34,795 bases of DNA from Bdellovibrionota bacterium (GTDB lineage Bacteria > Bdellovibrionota_C > UBA2361 > OMIW01), in contig JBIJBT010000024.1 in the NCBI GenBank assembly GCA_044345055.1, forward strand, positions 1 through 34,795. The letters are read 5' to 3'. The notes below the pieces were generated by a model. The model did not search any database. It was not told the origin of the DNA and saw only the letters and a program-made list of their open reading frames with translations. A program made the position numbers and the translations under genes. This document shows positions 1-10,058 of the stretch, piece by piece (the stretch's first letter is position 1; every line of letters starts with the position of its first letter).

Positions 1-192
1 AAGAGAAAAGGTGTGTTCTGGAGCTTGAGAGCCAATAGAAATATAGTTTGTATTGGTCCTATTTTAGCACTAATTGGCCGATTCTTGATTGATAATATCA
101 GATAAAAATCCTCTGAATTGCAGCTATCTTCGCTCGGGTCACCTTATTTTAGATCCTCTTATTTCGAAATTGACCCTCAGAGTTTGGTTGTT

Positions 193-1776
193 ATGAATCA
201 ATTTGACATTGCCGATACAAGCGATCCTTCCTCCTCGATGTTAAATCGACTGAGATCGACCATTTTATGGGTAGTACTTGGAGTCGGCATCCTTTTTCGA
301 GCTCGTGAATTTGGTGCAGCTCGATCACTCTGGCTCGACGAGATAGCCCTGATTCTACAGCTAAATGAACACAACTTTTGGCAGCTGCTTACTTCTGGCA
401 TACAGGGAAACCAGGGTGCTCCCGCTCTATATCTCTGTATTGAAAAAATCGCGATCGCGCTACTGAAGCCAATAGAACATGGCTCACGGTTAGTAGCACT
501 ATGTGCCGGTGTGGGGACACTTTTCCTTGTTCGATCTCTAGTAAAAAATGCGCGAATGTCTTTTTACTCGAAGGTTTTTTTTCTGCTGTGTCTCGGAACA
601 GCTCCATTGCACGTCTATTATTCAGCAGCTGCAAAGCAGTACATGGTGGAGACTTGCGTGGTTTTGATCATCTTATTGAGTTACGAACGATATGCAACCA
701 ATGCTCTTTCGCTCGGGTGGTTGATTGCTATTTTAACTTTCGCAGTGTGGCTATCCCATTCTGCAGTTTATGCCATTTTTGCCTGTGGAACGGTATCGCT
801 CTTGTGGGCTTACTCCAATAATTCTTACGGAGAAATTCGAAAACTTATATTTGTCTCTTCATTGGCAGCACTGAGCTTTGCTCTTCATTTTGTGGTCAAT
901 ATATATCCGCTTTTAGGTAATAAAGCACTTTACGGATATTGGTCGAATGGAATAGCGCCTCTCCACAAAGGTTTTATCCCAACTCTTTTATGGAGCTTTG
1001 GATCGCTGCATCACCTCATTTCCTACACATTTATTCCTCAGGCGATAATCAACGATTCGAGATTTTCCACCCTCACAATTGCGTGGAGTGGCATACTAAT
1101 GCTCCTATTTCTTCGGGGTGCTTTCATCCTATGGAGAAGTGATAAACTGATATGTATGTATTGCCTCGGGACAATAGGAGCAGTTTTTTTAGGCTCACTT
1201 CTGCGACTTTCTCCCTTTCGGGATCGGCTCATTCTCTGCGTTACCCCTCTAGTGATGATTTTTGTTGTCCAAATTCCTATTCGAAAATGGACCTCGCCCA
1301 AATTGTCCCAACTTCAAACTTTTTTCTCTCTATGTGGGGTTTTGTTGGTAGCTGTGCCTCCTTTGGTTATTACGTCAGATCGGTTCTTTAAACCGGCAGA
1401 TCGGAATAATATGAAGCACATAATTAGGTATCTTCAAAAAGAGCATAGTGCGGATGAACCTATATTAATGCGTTCCACTGATCTCCATGCGTTTTATCTT
1501 TACAAAAATAAATACAAAATATCCTCCCTTCCGGTAGTAAACAGCAATTGGCAGATATCATCCGCAAAAAGGATGATAGAGGATCTGAAGAAAAGAATAG
1601 AAGCATCTCCAACAAAATCAGTCTGGATTATCAGTGCATTCCGTAGTGCTGAAGTAGCTGGTGCGATTCAACTGCTAGAGGAGAAAGGCTTAGTTGCCAA
1701 AAAGAAAGACATAAACGACGGATATGCGTCTGCGCTTTTTGAGGGACCTAATCACGGCCAAAAAATCGGCCCATGA
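193..1776 (+). CDS. Polytopic membrane glycosyltransferase, GT-C fold (GT39/ArnT/PMT-like)
   Basis: 'RSLWLDE' motif after the first TM helix, 'KQY' motif, about 10 hydrophobic segments and a soluble C-terminal domain. The start is uncertain (TTG 118, ATG 193 or ATG 238). Confidence 0.75.
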   Translation: MNQFDIADTSDPSSSMLNRLRSTILWVVLGVGILFRAREFGAARSLWLDEIALILQLNEHNFWQLLTSGIQGNQGAPALYLCIEKIAIALLKPIEHGSRLVALCAGVGTLFLVRSLVKNARMSFYSKVFFLLCLGTAPLHVYYSAAAKQYMVETCVVLIILLSYERYATNALSLGWLIAILTFAVWLSHSAVYAIFACGTVSLLWAYSNNSYGEIRKLIFVSSLAALSFALHFVVNIYPLLGNKALYGYWSNGIAPLHKGFIPTLLWSFGSLHHLISYTFIPQAIINDSRFSTLTIAWSGILMLLFLRGAFILWRSDKLICMYCLGTIGAVFLGSLLRLSPFRDRLILCVTPLVMIFVVQIPIRKWTSPKLSQLQTFFSLCGVLLVAVPPLVITSDRFFKPADRNNMKHIIRYLQKEHSADEPILMRSTDLHAFYLYKNKYKISSLPVVNSNWQISSAKRMIEDLKKRIEASPTKSVWIISAFRSAEVAGAIQLLEEKGLVAKKKDINDGYASALFEGPNHGQKIGP

Positions 1777-1881
1777 TTCAGATCAAAAGAAGCGATATTC
1801 AGTGATCGATAACTGTAAGGGCGAGTTGCCGAGCGGTTCGATATATGAAAGTAGAATTTAGAATTTGTGTTTCGTCGAACT

Positions 1882-2673
1882 TCAGTCCTCAGATGGACAA
1901 GAGGTCTGAAGTTGCCACCTTTTCGCTGATTCGGGCGATGCACCATTGGAATTATCCTCTTCTGTGAAGTGAAGAGGAGTCGAATGTAAACTGAGCTCGA
2001 ACACCTGACAGTTCTTCGGTTTCTTTCGGGGCGCTAGATCAGTGGGTTGATAAAGCTCTTCGAGCGCGGCCGCAATACACTCCTGAATAAACTCTCCGTG
2101 GGTAAAGACCAGAATTCTTTTACCCTCATATTTGGAATGAATTTTCCTCAGAAAATCATGAGCTCGAGCGCGTGCCTCATCGAGACTCTCTCCGCCCGGT
2201 ATCCGCCCACCGCGTCGGTCTCTTCTCAATATATCTATAAAATCTCTTTGCTGACCAGTATGAACATCTAGAAATACACCCCAGTCTCGCTCACCTGCTA
2301 GAGATTCAAAGATAATATTTCCAACATCCCAACCAGCGGCTCTACAAGCAAACTCAGCTGTTTTTTTTGCCCGCAGAAAGGGTGAAGATAATATTACGTC
2401 GAATCCCTCCGGATACGTTTTAGCCAACCATTCGCCTGTTTTCGAGGCTTGTATTTTTCCGCGGTCTGTCAAAGGCAATGTTTCGTCGGTCATACCGTGT
2501 GGAAGATAAAAATCTTTTCGCGGCCGGTGTGAAAGAACGTTTCCAGCACTCTTTCCGTGACGGACCAGGACGATAGTTTCTGCCAAAGATGGCAGTGGTG
2601 GTAGCTTTGGCTCTTCCAGCGGATTCGTATGCTCATTATTATTGCCTGCTGCGAGCGTTGAGGGAGTTGGCAT
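1882..2673 (-). CDS. Histidine phosphatase superfamily protein (phosphoglycerate mutase-like)
   Basis: LVRHG catalytic motif, LTDRG, SSPFLRA..TA, GGES and VFTHG. Confidence 0.9.
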   Translation of the reverse strand: MPTPSTLAAGNNNEHTNPLEEPKLPPLPSLAETIVLVRHGKSAGNVLSHRPRKDFYLPHGMTDETLPLTDRGKIQASKTGEWLAKTYPEGFDVILSSPFLRAKKTAEFACRAAGWDVGNIIFESLAGERDWGVFLDVHTGQQRDFIDILRRDRRGGRIPGGESLDEARARAHDFLRKIHSKYEGKRILVFTHGEFIQECIAAALEELYQPTDLAPRKKPKNCQVFELSLHSTPLHFTEEDNSNGASPESAKRWQLQTSCPSED

Positions 2674-2931
2674 TTATTAGCTCCGTGGGCAAATTCGTCT
2701 GGGAAATTTACCGTAATTAGTTTTTAGTCATGGAGGTTTTTTGTAAATTTATCGGTGCTGTTGTAATCCTATAGTTACCACTGGTCAATAGCCGGCGTAA
2801 TTTGCGGATTTAATAGCGTGGACGCGATGTTGAGGAAACACTGAAATCGTAAAGCAAGAGATGTGGCGTATCATTTTGCTGCTAACATCCTCTAAAAATC
2901 TCTTTGATCAATGGTATAAACAGCAAGGGCA

Positions 2932-2970
2932 CCCTCTACCTCTACTCCTTAGGGGGAAAGAGGTAGAGGG
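2932..2970. repeat. Perfect 12-bp inverted repeat (hairpin)
   Basis: ccctctacctct (2932-2943) pairs with agaggtagaggg (2959-2970); further ctcct/agggg pairing is possible inside. No U-tract follows. Confidence 0.8.
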
Positions 2971-3427
2971 CACTTCGAATTCCAGGGGCTGATCTCGGAT
3001 GAGGATATCTTGGGCGGCTGGAGCTGCCTCGAGGATGACGCTGATTTTCGAAAGTTGGAGAGTTCCGAATCTGTAAGATCACCCGTTTTCGGTTCGATGG
3101 CAGATTAACTCGCACAGTTTTTTAAAAACGAGACCTAAAACTAGGAGATATCTTTCGTAATCCTTCAGCAGCTGTGGTTGATTTTTGGGCGGAGTGTATT
3201 CAGCAAGCCAATATTTTGACGCCCACGGAAGATACTCCGTAGCCACTTAAACGAAGTTTATTGCGACCAATGGAGTCGTTGTTCGGGCTAAAATTTTTTT
3301 GGTGCGTTCAGATAATATTCGGTGATATTCTCGGCGTGTCTTTTTTGTTGTTGAGCGGTACAGTATCTCGAAATTAGGCTCGCAGGTATTTTTGCGGCCA
3401 AGCCCAGCCATTATTTTGGGGCACTTC

Positions 3428-5209
3428 ATGACGGACCGACTTCCTAGAGATTTTCTCCCCCTTGTTACCTACGCTGCGGGCACCGATATTGGTCTGCGCA
3501 GGGAGGAGAACCAGGATTCTTTCGGGCTTCTCGATACGGAGCTCTTTCGCTGCTTTTTTGTAGCAGATGGTATGGGGGGCGCGCAGGGTGGGGCTGAAGC
3601 CTCGCAGCTTGCGCTCGCCTCGATACGTGGATTTCTCGCGGGTGAAGTTTCCCTTAATGTCGATGGTGTTCGAGAGGCAGTTGAGGCCGCTAATAAGACA
3701 ATTTTTGATCGAAGTTCGGTCGAGCCTGATTTGGCGGGGATGGGTACGACCCTCGTCGGTTTAGGATTTGGTGCAGAGGGTGTTCTCGTTTGTAATGTTG
3801 GAGATTCTCGTGCATTCAGAATTCGGCGCGGGAAAATCGGGCGAATAACACAGGATCATACTCTGGTTCAGGAGCTCGTTGATTCTGGGACGATTACTGA
3901 GGAGCAGGCTGAACGACACCCCGTGGCTCATATGTTGACTCGCTCTCTGGGCCCGGCAGAGTCGGTCGCAGTTGACTGTTGGATGTATCCGCAGCGACCA
4001 GAGCTCGGGGATGTGTACGTTTTATGCTCAGATGGTCTTTATAATCTCGTTTCGCCGCTCGAGATCGCTGAGGTGGTGCTCTTTAATGAAGGTCACGATG
4101 CGATAGGTAAACTCATAGACCTCGCCAATAGCGCCGGCGGCACCGACAATATAACAGTTGTTGTAATTAGAGTTGGTCCAACAAATAGAGTGCCTTTATC
4201 CGAAATAGCAGTCGAACGACTACCACAGGGTCCCTACATCTCAGAAAGAGGAGCAACTACTGAACATGATGAGGGGATCAGCGATGAGGAATCGGGCTAT
4301 GAAGGTCCTCACGGCGACGACTCTGCCCTGTTTGATGACGGCCGAAAGAGCTCTGGCAGCTTCAAAGCGCTATCCGGTGCATTTCGAAGTCCAGATCTAT
4401 GGAGTTTTCGAACTGCAGCCCGCGATTCTCGAAATATCATCATTGGAGGTGCGGCAGGGCTCTTCATTTTTTGCGCAACCTGGTTGGTGAAGCCTGAGCC
4501 CTCTCCAGTAGCTCCACCCCGTGTTGCTGTTTTGGATAGAGCCTTAGGCTACTCAATCGGTGGTTTGGTGAGCGCATCATTGAAGGCCAATCTTCCCGAA
4601 TTCAAGGAACGAAGAAACGGAGAGCTGAGATCTGAGCTTGAGCTTGTCGGGGGGCTTTTGTCTAAGCGGGGAGGTGAAAGGAGCTCCTCGTTTAATGAGC
4701 AGATGCTGGCGCTCCGAACGCAACAAAATCGTCATCGCGCTGCAATCTTGCAGCTACGCCAAGAGCTGGTCGCCCTTCTCGAACTTCGCAAACAATTGCC
4801 CTCATCGCCAGCACTCTTATTGAAAGAGTCCGAGCAGTTCGAAGATAAGAGTCCAGAAGTTAAAGCTGCGCGTGCTGAGGCAAGTATTCCGGTTTGGAAG
4901 ATGCGCCAGATTGCTCCAACCTTTGTCGAAGCAAATGGTCGAGGAGATGAAAATATCGAGAATTTACAAAAAGAGGTAAGCGAAGCCGACAAAAAATTGC
5001 GAATGGTTTTGCAAGCAGAGCTCGAGCGGCGGATTGCTAAGGGGCTCAGAGATATGCGTTCGCAGCTCGGGGGAGAGGTTGCCGTAAGAGGTCATAGTGA
5101 GCTTCTTGAAAGGTTGGTCAAAAGAGAGGGGGGTAATGATCAGGGCGAGGCAGCGCTCGGAGCATATCGAACAGAGCTTGTAGCCCTTCTGCAGGATTCA
5201 GCCCGATAA
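3428..5209 (+). CDS. PP2C (PPM/Stp1-like) Ser/Thr phosphatase with a TM helix and C-terminal coiled-coil domain
   Basis: Motifs DIGLRREENQD, VADGMGG, GMGTT, NVGDSR, DHT, LTRSLG, LCSDGL and GGTDN. Hydrophobic segment IIIGGAAGLFIFCATWLV. ATG 3428 is preferred over TTG 3392. Confidence 0.9.
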   Translation: MTDRLPRDFLPLVTYAAGTDIGLRREENQDSFGLLDTELFRCFFVADGMGGAQGGAEASQLALASIRGFLAGEVSLNVDGVREAVEAANKTIFDRSSVEPDLAGMGTTLVGLGFGAEGVLVCNVGDSRAFRIRRGKIGRITQDHTLVQELVDSGTITEEQAERHPVAHMLTRSLGPAESVAVDCWMYPQRPELGDVYVLCSDGLYNLVSPLEIAEVVLFNEGHDAIGKLIDLANSAGGTDNITVVVIRVGPTNRVPLSEIAVERLPQGPYISERGATTEHDEGISDEESGYEGPHGDDSALFDDGRKSSGSFKALSGAFRSPDLWSFRTAARDSRNIIIGGAAGLFIFCATWLVKPEPSPVAPPRVAVLDRALGYSIGGLVSASLKANLPEFKERRNGELRSELELVGGLLSKRGGERSSSFNEQMLALRTQQNRHRAAILQLRQELVALLELRKQLPSSPALLLKESEQFEDKSPEVKAARAEASIPVWKMRQIAPTFVEANGRGDENIENLQKEVSEADKKLRMVLQAELERRIAKGLRDMRSQLGGEVAVRGHSELLERLVKREGGNDQGEAALGAYRTELVALLQDSAR

Positions 5210-5393
5210 ATGGCGGCCTTGCGATGCCGTACGATTGAAGTTGCCTCTTGAACGAGAACCTGTTTACCATAGGCCGCGATACTCAACGGTATATCGCGAG
5301 CTCCAAATTTTAGAGAGATCCACTCTCGTTCTTTGTCCTTTGCCGACAATATTCGGAAGCGACGTTTTTGAGCCGATTTTTAAGGTAGCTTTC

Positions 5394-6644
5394 ATGCAAA
5401 CGAAAACGATAGCAGACATTAATCTTTCAGGTAGACGCGCCCTTATTCGGGTTGATTTTAATGTGCCGTTGGCCAACGGTGTCGTTGGTGATGATACCCG
5501 AATTCGCGCCGCGCTTCCGACGATTCGGTACTGTATTGAACAAGGTGCGAGCGTTGTGCTCATGAGTCACCTCGGGCGACCGAAAGGAGTTGGTCGAGAA
5601 GAATCGTATAGTTTGCAGCCAGTGGCCCAACATCTTGCCTCGCTTCTTGGACAGCCTGTTCAATTTCTTAATGACTGTATAGGACCGGAGGTCGAAGCGG
5701 CGGTTAGTTCATTAAAGAAGGGCGAAGTGGCACTTCTAGAAAATGTCCGGTTCTATGCAGAGGAGGAGGGTAAAATAAAGAAAAGCGATACCGCATCCGC
5801 AGAGGAGATTGCCGCGACAAAAAAAGCGATGAAAGAAGCGCAGCGGTTATTTGCGCAAAAGCTTGCGGCGCTCGGTGATGTTTATATTAACGATGCGTTT
5901 GGTGCGGCACACCGAGCTCATGCATCGACCGCCCTGATAGCCGAATTCGTGAAAGAAAAGGCAGCGGGCTTTTTAATGCAGCGTGAACTTGATTTTCTCG
6001 GTAAGGCTCTCGCTGCGCCGGAGCGTCCATTTGTCGCGATATTGGGTGGAGCCAAGGTGAGCGATAAAGTCGGAGTTATTGAGAATCTTCTCACGAAGGT
6101 TGATGCCCTGTTAATAGGTGGTGCGATGGCGTACACCTTTTATCGTGCAAAGGGGATTTCAATTGGTCGATCCCTCGTTGAAGAGGATAAAGTTGCATTG
6201 GCGGCTGAGCTGATTGCGAAGGCTCAAGAGCGAGGTGTATCGCTTTTATTGCCCGTAGACCATGTCATTGCTTCTGAGTTTTCAGCCACTGCTGAGGTGA
6301 AGATCGTTCCAGAGCGGGGCATCGAAGAGGGATGGATGGCTCTGGATATCGGGCCAGCGACCCGGGAGCTTTTTGCTCGGACAATCAGCACGGCAAAGAC
6401 AGTCGTTTGGAACGGTCCTATGGGATGTTTTGAGATGGCTCCTTTTGCTGCCGGTACGATGGCGATAGCTGAATCTCTTGCAGAAACAGAGTGTCTCAGT
6501 ATTGTAGGGGGCGGTGATAGCGTCAGCGCTATAAATCAGAGCGGTCTTGCTGATAAAATCTCACACATCAGCACCGGTGGGGGAGCAAGCCTTGAGTTTC
6601 TCGAGGGTAAGCCGCTTCCCGGTGTTGTCGCGCTTGCTGGATAG
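5394..6644 (+). CDS. pgk: Phosphoglycerate kinase
   Basis: [50 protein letters not shown] and [13 protein letters not shown]. The MQTKT start at ATG 5394 matches family length. Confidence 0.98.
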   Translation: MQTKTIADINLSGRRALIRVDFNVPLANGVVGDDTRIRAALPTIRYCIEQGASVVLMSHLGRPKGVGREESYSLQPVAQHLASLLGQPVQFLNDCIGPEVEAAVSSLKKGEVALLENVRFYAEEEGKIKKSDTASAEEIAATKKAMKEAQRLFAQKLAALGDVYINDAFGAAHRAHASTALIAEFVKEKAAGFLMQRELDFLGKALAAPERPFVAILGGAKVSDKVGVIENLLTKVDALLIGGAMAYTFYRAKGISIGRSLVEEDKVALAAELIAKAQERGVSLLLPVDHVIASEFSATAEVKIVPERGIEEGWMALDIGPATRELFARTISTAKTVVWNGPMGCFEMAPFAAGTMAIAESLAETECLSIVGGGDSVSAINQSGLADKISHISTGGGASLEFLEGKPLPGVVALAG

Positions 6645-6649
6645 AACGT

Positions 6650-7288
6650 TTACTCGTGCTTCCTGGGAGCAGCTTCGTGCAGCTGCTCCCAGAGCTTTGA
6701 TACCTGCCTGATTAGATCCTTCTGAGAGCCATTATTATCGATCACTAACGTGGCTCGAGCTACTTTATCCTCTATCGGCAGCTGCGATCGATATCGTCTC
6801 TCAATATCTTCTCGCGACACTCCATCGCGTCGTGCTGCTCTCTCCAAGGCAATATCTGGATCGGTTGCAACGACTATAACCTCATCAAACATCGAAAGAT
6901 CTCGTCCAGTCTCAAAGAGAAGGGGCACTACATAGACGATAATCGGCACCTCTTTGGCGGCACGAAGCGCGGTGAGTTGAGAAAGAAATTCGGCGTTAAT
7001 CCGGGGGTGTAGTATCGCTTCGAGCTGACTCTTTAGGAGCGGATCTTTGAAGATTCGGCTCGCAACTGCCCTTCTGTCTATCTTCCCCTCAGATGTGACC
7101 ACTTCGGGTCCAAAAAGGGCCACCGTTTCGTTGTAAGGGAGTGTGCCGGGTAAAAGTACCTCGCGGGCGATTTGGTCAGCGTCGATTATTGCCGCTCCAT
7201 GTTCCCGTAGGAGCTCTGCCACCGCACTCTTTCCCCCTCCGATAGAGCCGGTTAATGCTACGAGCTTTTGAGGCAAGAGGGTCGTCAT
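6650..7288 (-). CDS. coaE: Dephospho-CoA kinase
   Basis: LTGSIGGGKS P-loop, IDADQIAR, ILHPRI, VPLLFE and IDNNG. Confidence 0.95.
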   Translation of the reverse strand: MTTLLPQKLVALTGSIGGGKSAVAELLREHGAAIIDADQIAREVLLPGTLPYNETVALFGPEVVTSEGKIDRRAVASRIFKDPLLKSQLEAILHPRINAEFLSQLTALRAAKEVPIIVYVVPLLFETGRDLSMFDEVIVVATDPDIALERAARRDGVSREDIERRYRSQLPIEDKVARATLVIDNNGSQKDLIRQVSKLWEQLHEAAPRKHE

Positions 7289-7367
7289 TTTTAAGAAAAT
7301 ATGTTATCGTTTAGAGCTTTACCGCAAGTTATTCCTTAACTTATCTAACTCTTTGGCAGTACTCCAC

Positions 7368-8420
7368 ATGAAGCATACTACACCCTCGGGGGTTCACAAC
7401 GTCAACATCGTCGCTGGACGGGAGCTTTTTTCTCCCGATGAATTAAAAGATCAGTATCCGTTGACAGAGCGAGGAGCCGACACGATTCGTACGGCCCGTA
7501 CCACCATTTCTCGAATCCTCTCCGGTGAGGACAAAAGAATCTTTGTTGTTGTTGGTCCCTGTTCGATACATCGGGTTGCTGAAGCGAGGGATTATGCCCA
7601 TCGGCTCGCCCGCGTTGCTGAGCAGGTATCATCGACGATGGTGCTCGTGATGAGGACATACTTTGAGAAGCCTCGAACAATAGGTGGATGGAAGGGATTT
7701 ATTAACGACCCACATCTTGACGGAACGTTTGCTATTCAAGAAGGGCTCGCGCTCGCACGGCAGCTCCTGGTTGAGGTAAGTGAGTTGGGACTTCCTACAG
7801 CAACAGAGATGCTCGATCTCATCAGCCCCCAGTATCTTGCTGATTGCATCTCCTGGTCAGCAATTGGAGCGCGCACTACCGAGTCGCAGACGCACCGTCA
7901 GTTGGCGAGTGGTCTCTCGATGCCGATAGGATTTAAAAATGGAACCTCTGGTGATATCGAAGTGGCCGCCAACGCAGTGATGGCTGCTGCGCAATCTCAT
8001 CACTTTTTGAGTGTCAGTGATGCGGGTCGGGTATCTGTTTTTCAGACCCGGGGCAATCCGCACGGACACGTCATTCTGCGAGGTGGTTTTCAACCGAATT
8101 ACGAGCAGGAAAGTGTCGAGGAGTGCATTGCGATACTCAAGGACAAAGGGCTTGCACCTTTCGTTATGGTGGATTGCAGCCACGGAAACTCTCGCAAGGA
8201 TTTTCGGAATCAGGCGAAAGTATTCCGCTACGCGCTCGATCGGCTCAATGATCCCGCTTATCCGGTGCGTTCATTTATGATCGAAAGCAACATCCAGGCA
8301 GGCAATCAGGTGTTCTCGTATGGAGAGCCACTCACCTACGGAGTTTCGATTACTGATGGGTGTATCGGCTGGGATGAAACCGAGGCGCTGCTTCTTGAGG
8401 CTCATGACCGATTGAAGTAG
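7368..8420 (+). CDS. aroG: 3-deoxy-7-phosphoheptulonate (DAHP) synthase, class I-alpha (AroF/G/H type)
   Basis: VGPCSIH, YFEKPRT..GWKG, AIGARTTESQTHR, GFKNGT, DCSHGNS and SITDGC. The feedback isotype cannot be determined from sequence. Confidence 0.93.
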   Translation: MKHTTPSGVHNVNIVAGRELFSPDELKDQYPLTERGADTIRTARTTISRILSGEDKRIFVVVGPCSIHRVAEARDYAHRLARVAEQVSSTMVLVMRTYFEKPRTIGGWKGFINDPHLDGTFAIQEGLALARQLLVEVSELGLPTATEMLDLISPQYLADCISWSAIGARTTESQTHRQLASGLSMPIGFKNGTSGDIEVAANAVMAAAQSHHFLSVSDAGRVSVFQTRGNPHGHVILRGGFQPNYEQESVEECIAILKDKGLAPFVMVDCSHGNSRKDFRNQAKVFRYALDRLNDPAYPVRSFMIESNIQAGNQVFSYGEPLTYGVSITDGCIGWDETEALLLEAHDRLK

Positions 8421-8486
8421 GGGAAGCGGGTCAGAGGGCCGAGCTTGAGCCGATAAGGTTGACCACAAACGTTTAAGGAATACGAC

Positions 8487-10040
8487 ATGCAAAAAGCGGC
8501 GTTACTCAGTGTGAGCGATAAGACCGGTTTGGTTGATTTTGCGAGAGGGCTTGAGCAGCTCGGATTTGTTCTCCTTTCGACGAGTGGGACGCTGAAAGCG
8601 TTGCAAGATGCAGGAGTGCCGGTTCAGTCGGTTGAGGACTATACCGGGCAGGAGGAGATTCTTGATGGACGGGTAAAGACCCTTCATCCGAAGATTCATG
8701 CAGGTATCCTTGCGCGAGGTGATGATTCAAATCATCAGAACCAACTTGCTGATAACAAAATCTTGCCGATCGCTCTTGTCGTTGTGAATCTTTATCCTTT
8801 CATTCAAACACTCGATGAGGCGCGGCGCTCCGGAGGTGACTGCTCGCTCGCTCGAATGGTGGAGAAGATCGATATTGGTGGTCCGACGATGATTCGAGCA
8901 GCGGCGAAAAATCACTCTTCAGTAATTCCGGTTATTGATCCTGCCGATTATGGTTGGGTGCTCGATGAGCTTCAAAACGGTGGAGACATTTCGGCGGAAA
9001 AACGCAAAGGGTTGGCAGCGAAGGTATTCACCGCGATGGCGGGGTATGATCTAGCGATTGCTGAGTATCTTACCGAGGGCGAGCCGGGGGAGCTTTCTCA
9101 GGTTGTTGGGGTAGTCGGGCGTCAGCTGCAACCGTTGCGGTATGGAGAAAATCCGCAGCAACGCGCTGGTCTCTATGGGAAAGTCAACGACCGTCGAGGA
9201 GTTCCTTGGCGTCAGCTTCATGGCAAAGAGCTTTCTTATAATAATCTTCTCGATGTAGATGCGGCGATTAGTCTCCTTGCGACCTTTCGCGAAGATCGCC
9301 CGACAGTTGCGATATTGAAGCATCTTAATCCGTGCGGAGTTGCATCGGGCGCAACTTTGAGGGAAGCGCTTAGGAGAGCAAAAGCGTGTGATCCACGAAG
9401 CCACTTCGGGGGGATCGTTTGCTTTAATGGCGAAGTTGGTGCTGAAGAGGCTGCTAGTGTGCAGGAGGATTTTGCAGAGATAGTGGTGGCGCCCGGGTTT
9501 GCTCCCGAGGCATTAGCCATTCTTCAACAAAAAAAAGCGCTTCGGGTTGTTGTCGTCGATAGCGCTTGGATTCCAGGGGTTGAACTTCGCACTGCGGCCG
9601 GAGCTCTCCTTGTTCAGGAGCCAGATAGTGCGCCTCTGATAATCTCGCCAGCAAGCTGTGTCACTACTAATCGCGCATCTGAGATTGAGATGGCGGACCT
9701 TCTATTTGCTTGGAAGGTATGCCGTCAGGTGAAATCAAACGCTATCGTCGTTGCTCATCGTGAAATGACGGTTGGTGTTGGCGCAGGTCAGATGAGTCGA
9801 GTTGATTCGGTTGAGGTTGCTCTAATGAAAGCGGATCGTCATGGGCACTCGCTTGCGGGCGCGGTGGCGGCATCTGACGCGTTTTTCCCGTTTCCGGATA
9901 GTGTTGAACTTCTTGCGGAGAGAGGAGTCGTCGCGATAGTTTCTCCAAAAGGGGCTCGTCGAGACGAAGAGGTTATTGCGGTGTGTAACCAGCGAGGAGT
10001 AGCCTTATACCTGGTGGAAGACCGACATTTTCGTCACTAA
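8487..10040 (+). CDS. purH: Bifunctional AICAR transformylase / IMP cyclohydrolase
   Basis: ALLSVSDKTG, GRVKTLHP, IDIGGPTMIRAAAKN, LRYGENP, KSNAIV, ASDAFFPF and C-terminal RHFRH. Confidence 0.98.
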   Translation: MQKAALLSVSDKTGLVDFARGLEQLGFVLLSTSGTLKALQDAGVPVQSVEDYTGQEEILDGRVKTLHPKIHAGILARGDDSNHQNQLADNKILPIALVVVNLYPFIQTLDEARRSGGDCSLARMVEKIDIGGPTMIRAAAKNHSSVIPVIDPADYGWVLDELQNGGDISAEKRKGLAAKVFTAMAGYDLAIAEYLTEGEPGELSQVVGVVGRQLQPLRYGENPQQRAGLYGKVNDRRGVPWRQLHGKELSYNNLLDVDAAISLLATFREDRPTVAILKHLNPCGVASGATLREALRRAKACDPRSHFGGIVCFNGEVGAEEAASVQEDFAEIVVAPGFAPEALAILQQKKALRVVVVDSAWIPGVELRTAAGALLVQEPDSAPLIISPASCVTTNRASEIEMADLLFAWKVCRQVKSNAIVVAHREMTVGVGAGQMSRVDSVEVALMKADRHGHSLAGAVAASDAFFPFPDSVELLAERGVVAIVSPKGARRDEEVIAVCNQRGVALYLVEDRHFRH

Positions 10041-10058
10041 GGAAAGGTGAGAGGGGCT

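Noticed and set aside
2864..2880. Sigma-54-like TGGCGT...TTGC
   Set aside because: GG-to-GC spacing is 11 nt, not the required 10.
2985..3004. ggggctgatctcggat resembles the tmRNA 5' end
   Set aside because: It lacks the following TCGAC, a tag reading frame and a matching T-arm/acceptor 3' end.
5235..5393. 53-aa N-terminal extension of PGK in the ORF track
   Set aside because: It comes from an upstream TTG; family similarity starts at ATG 5394.
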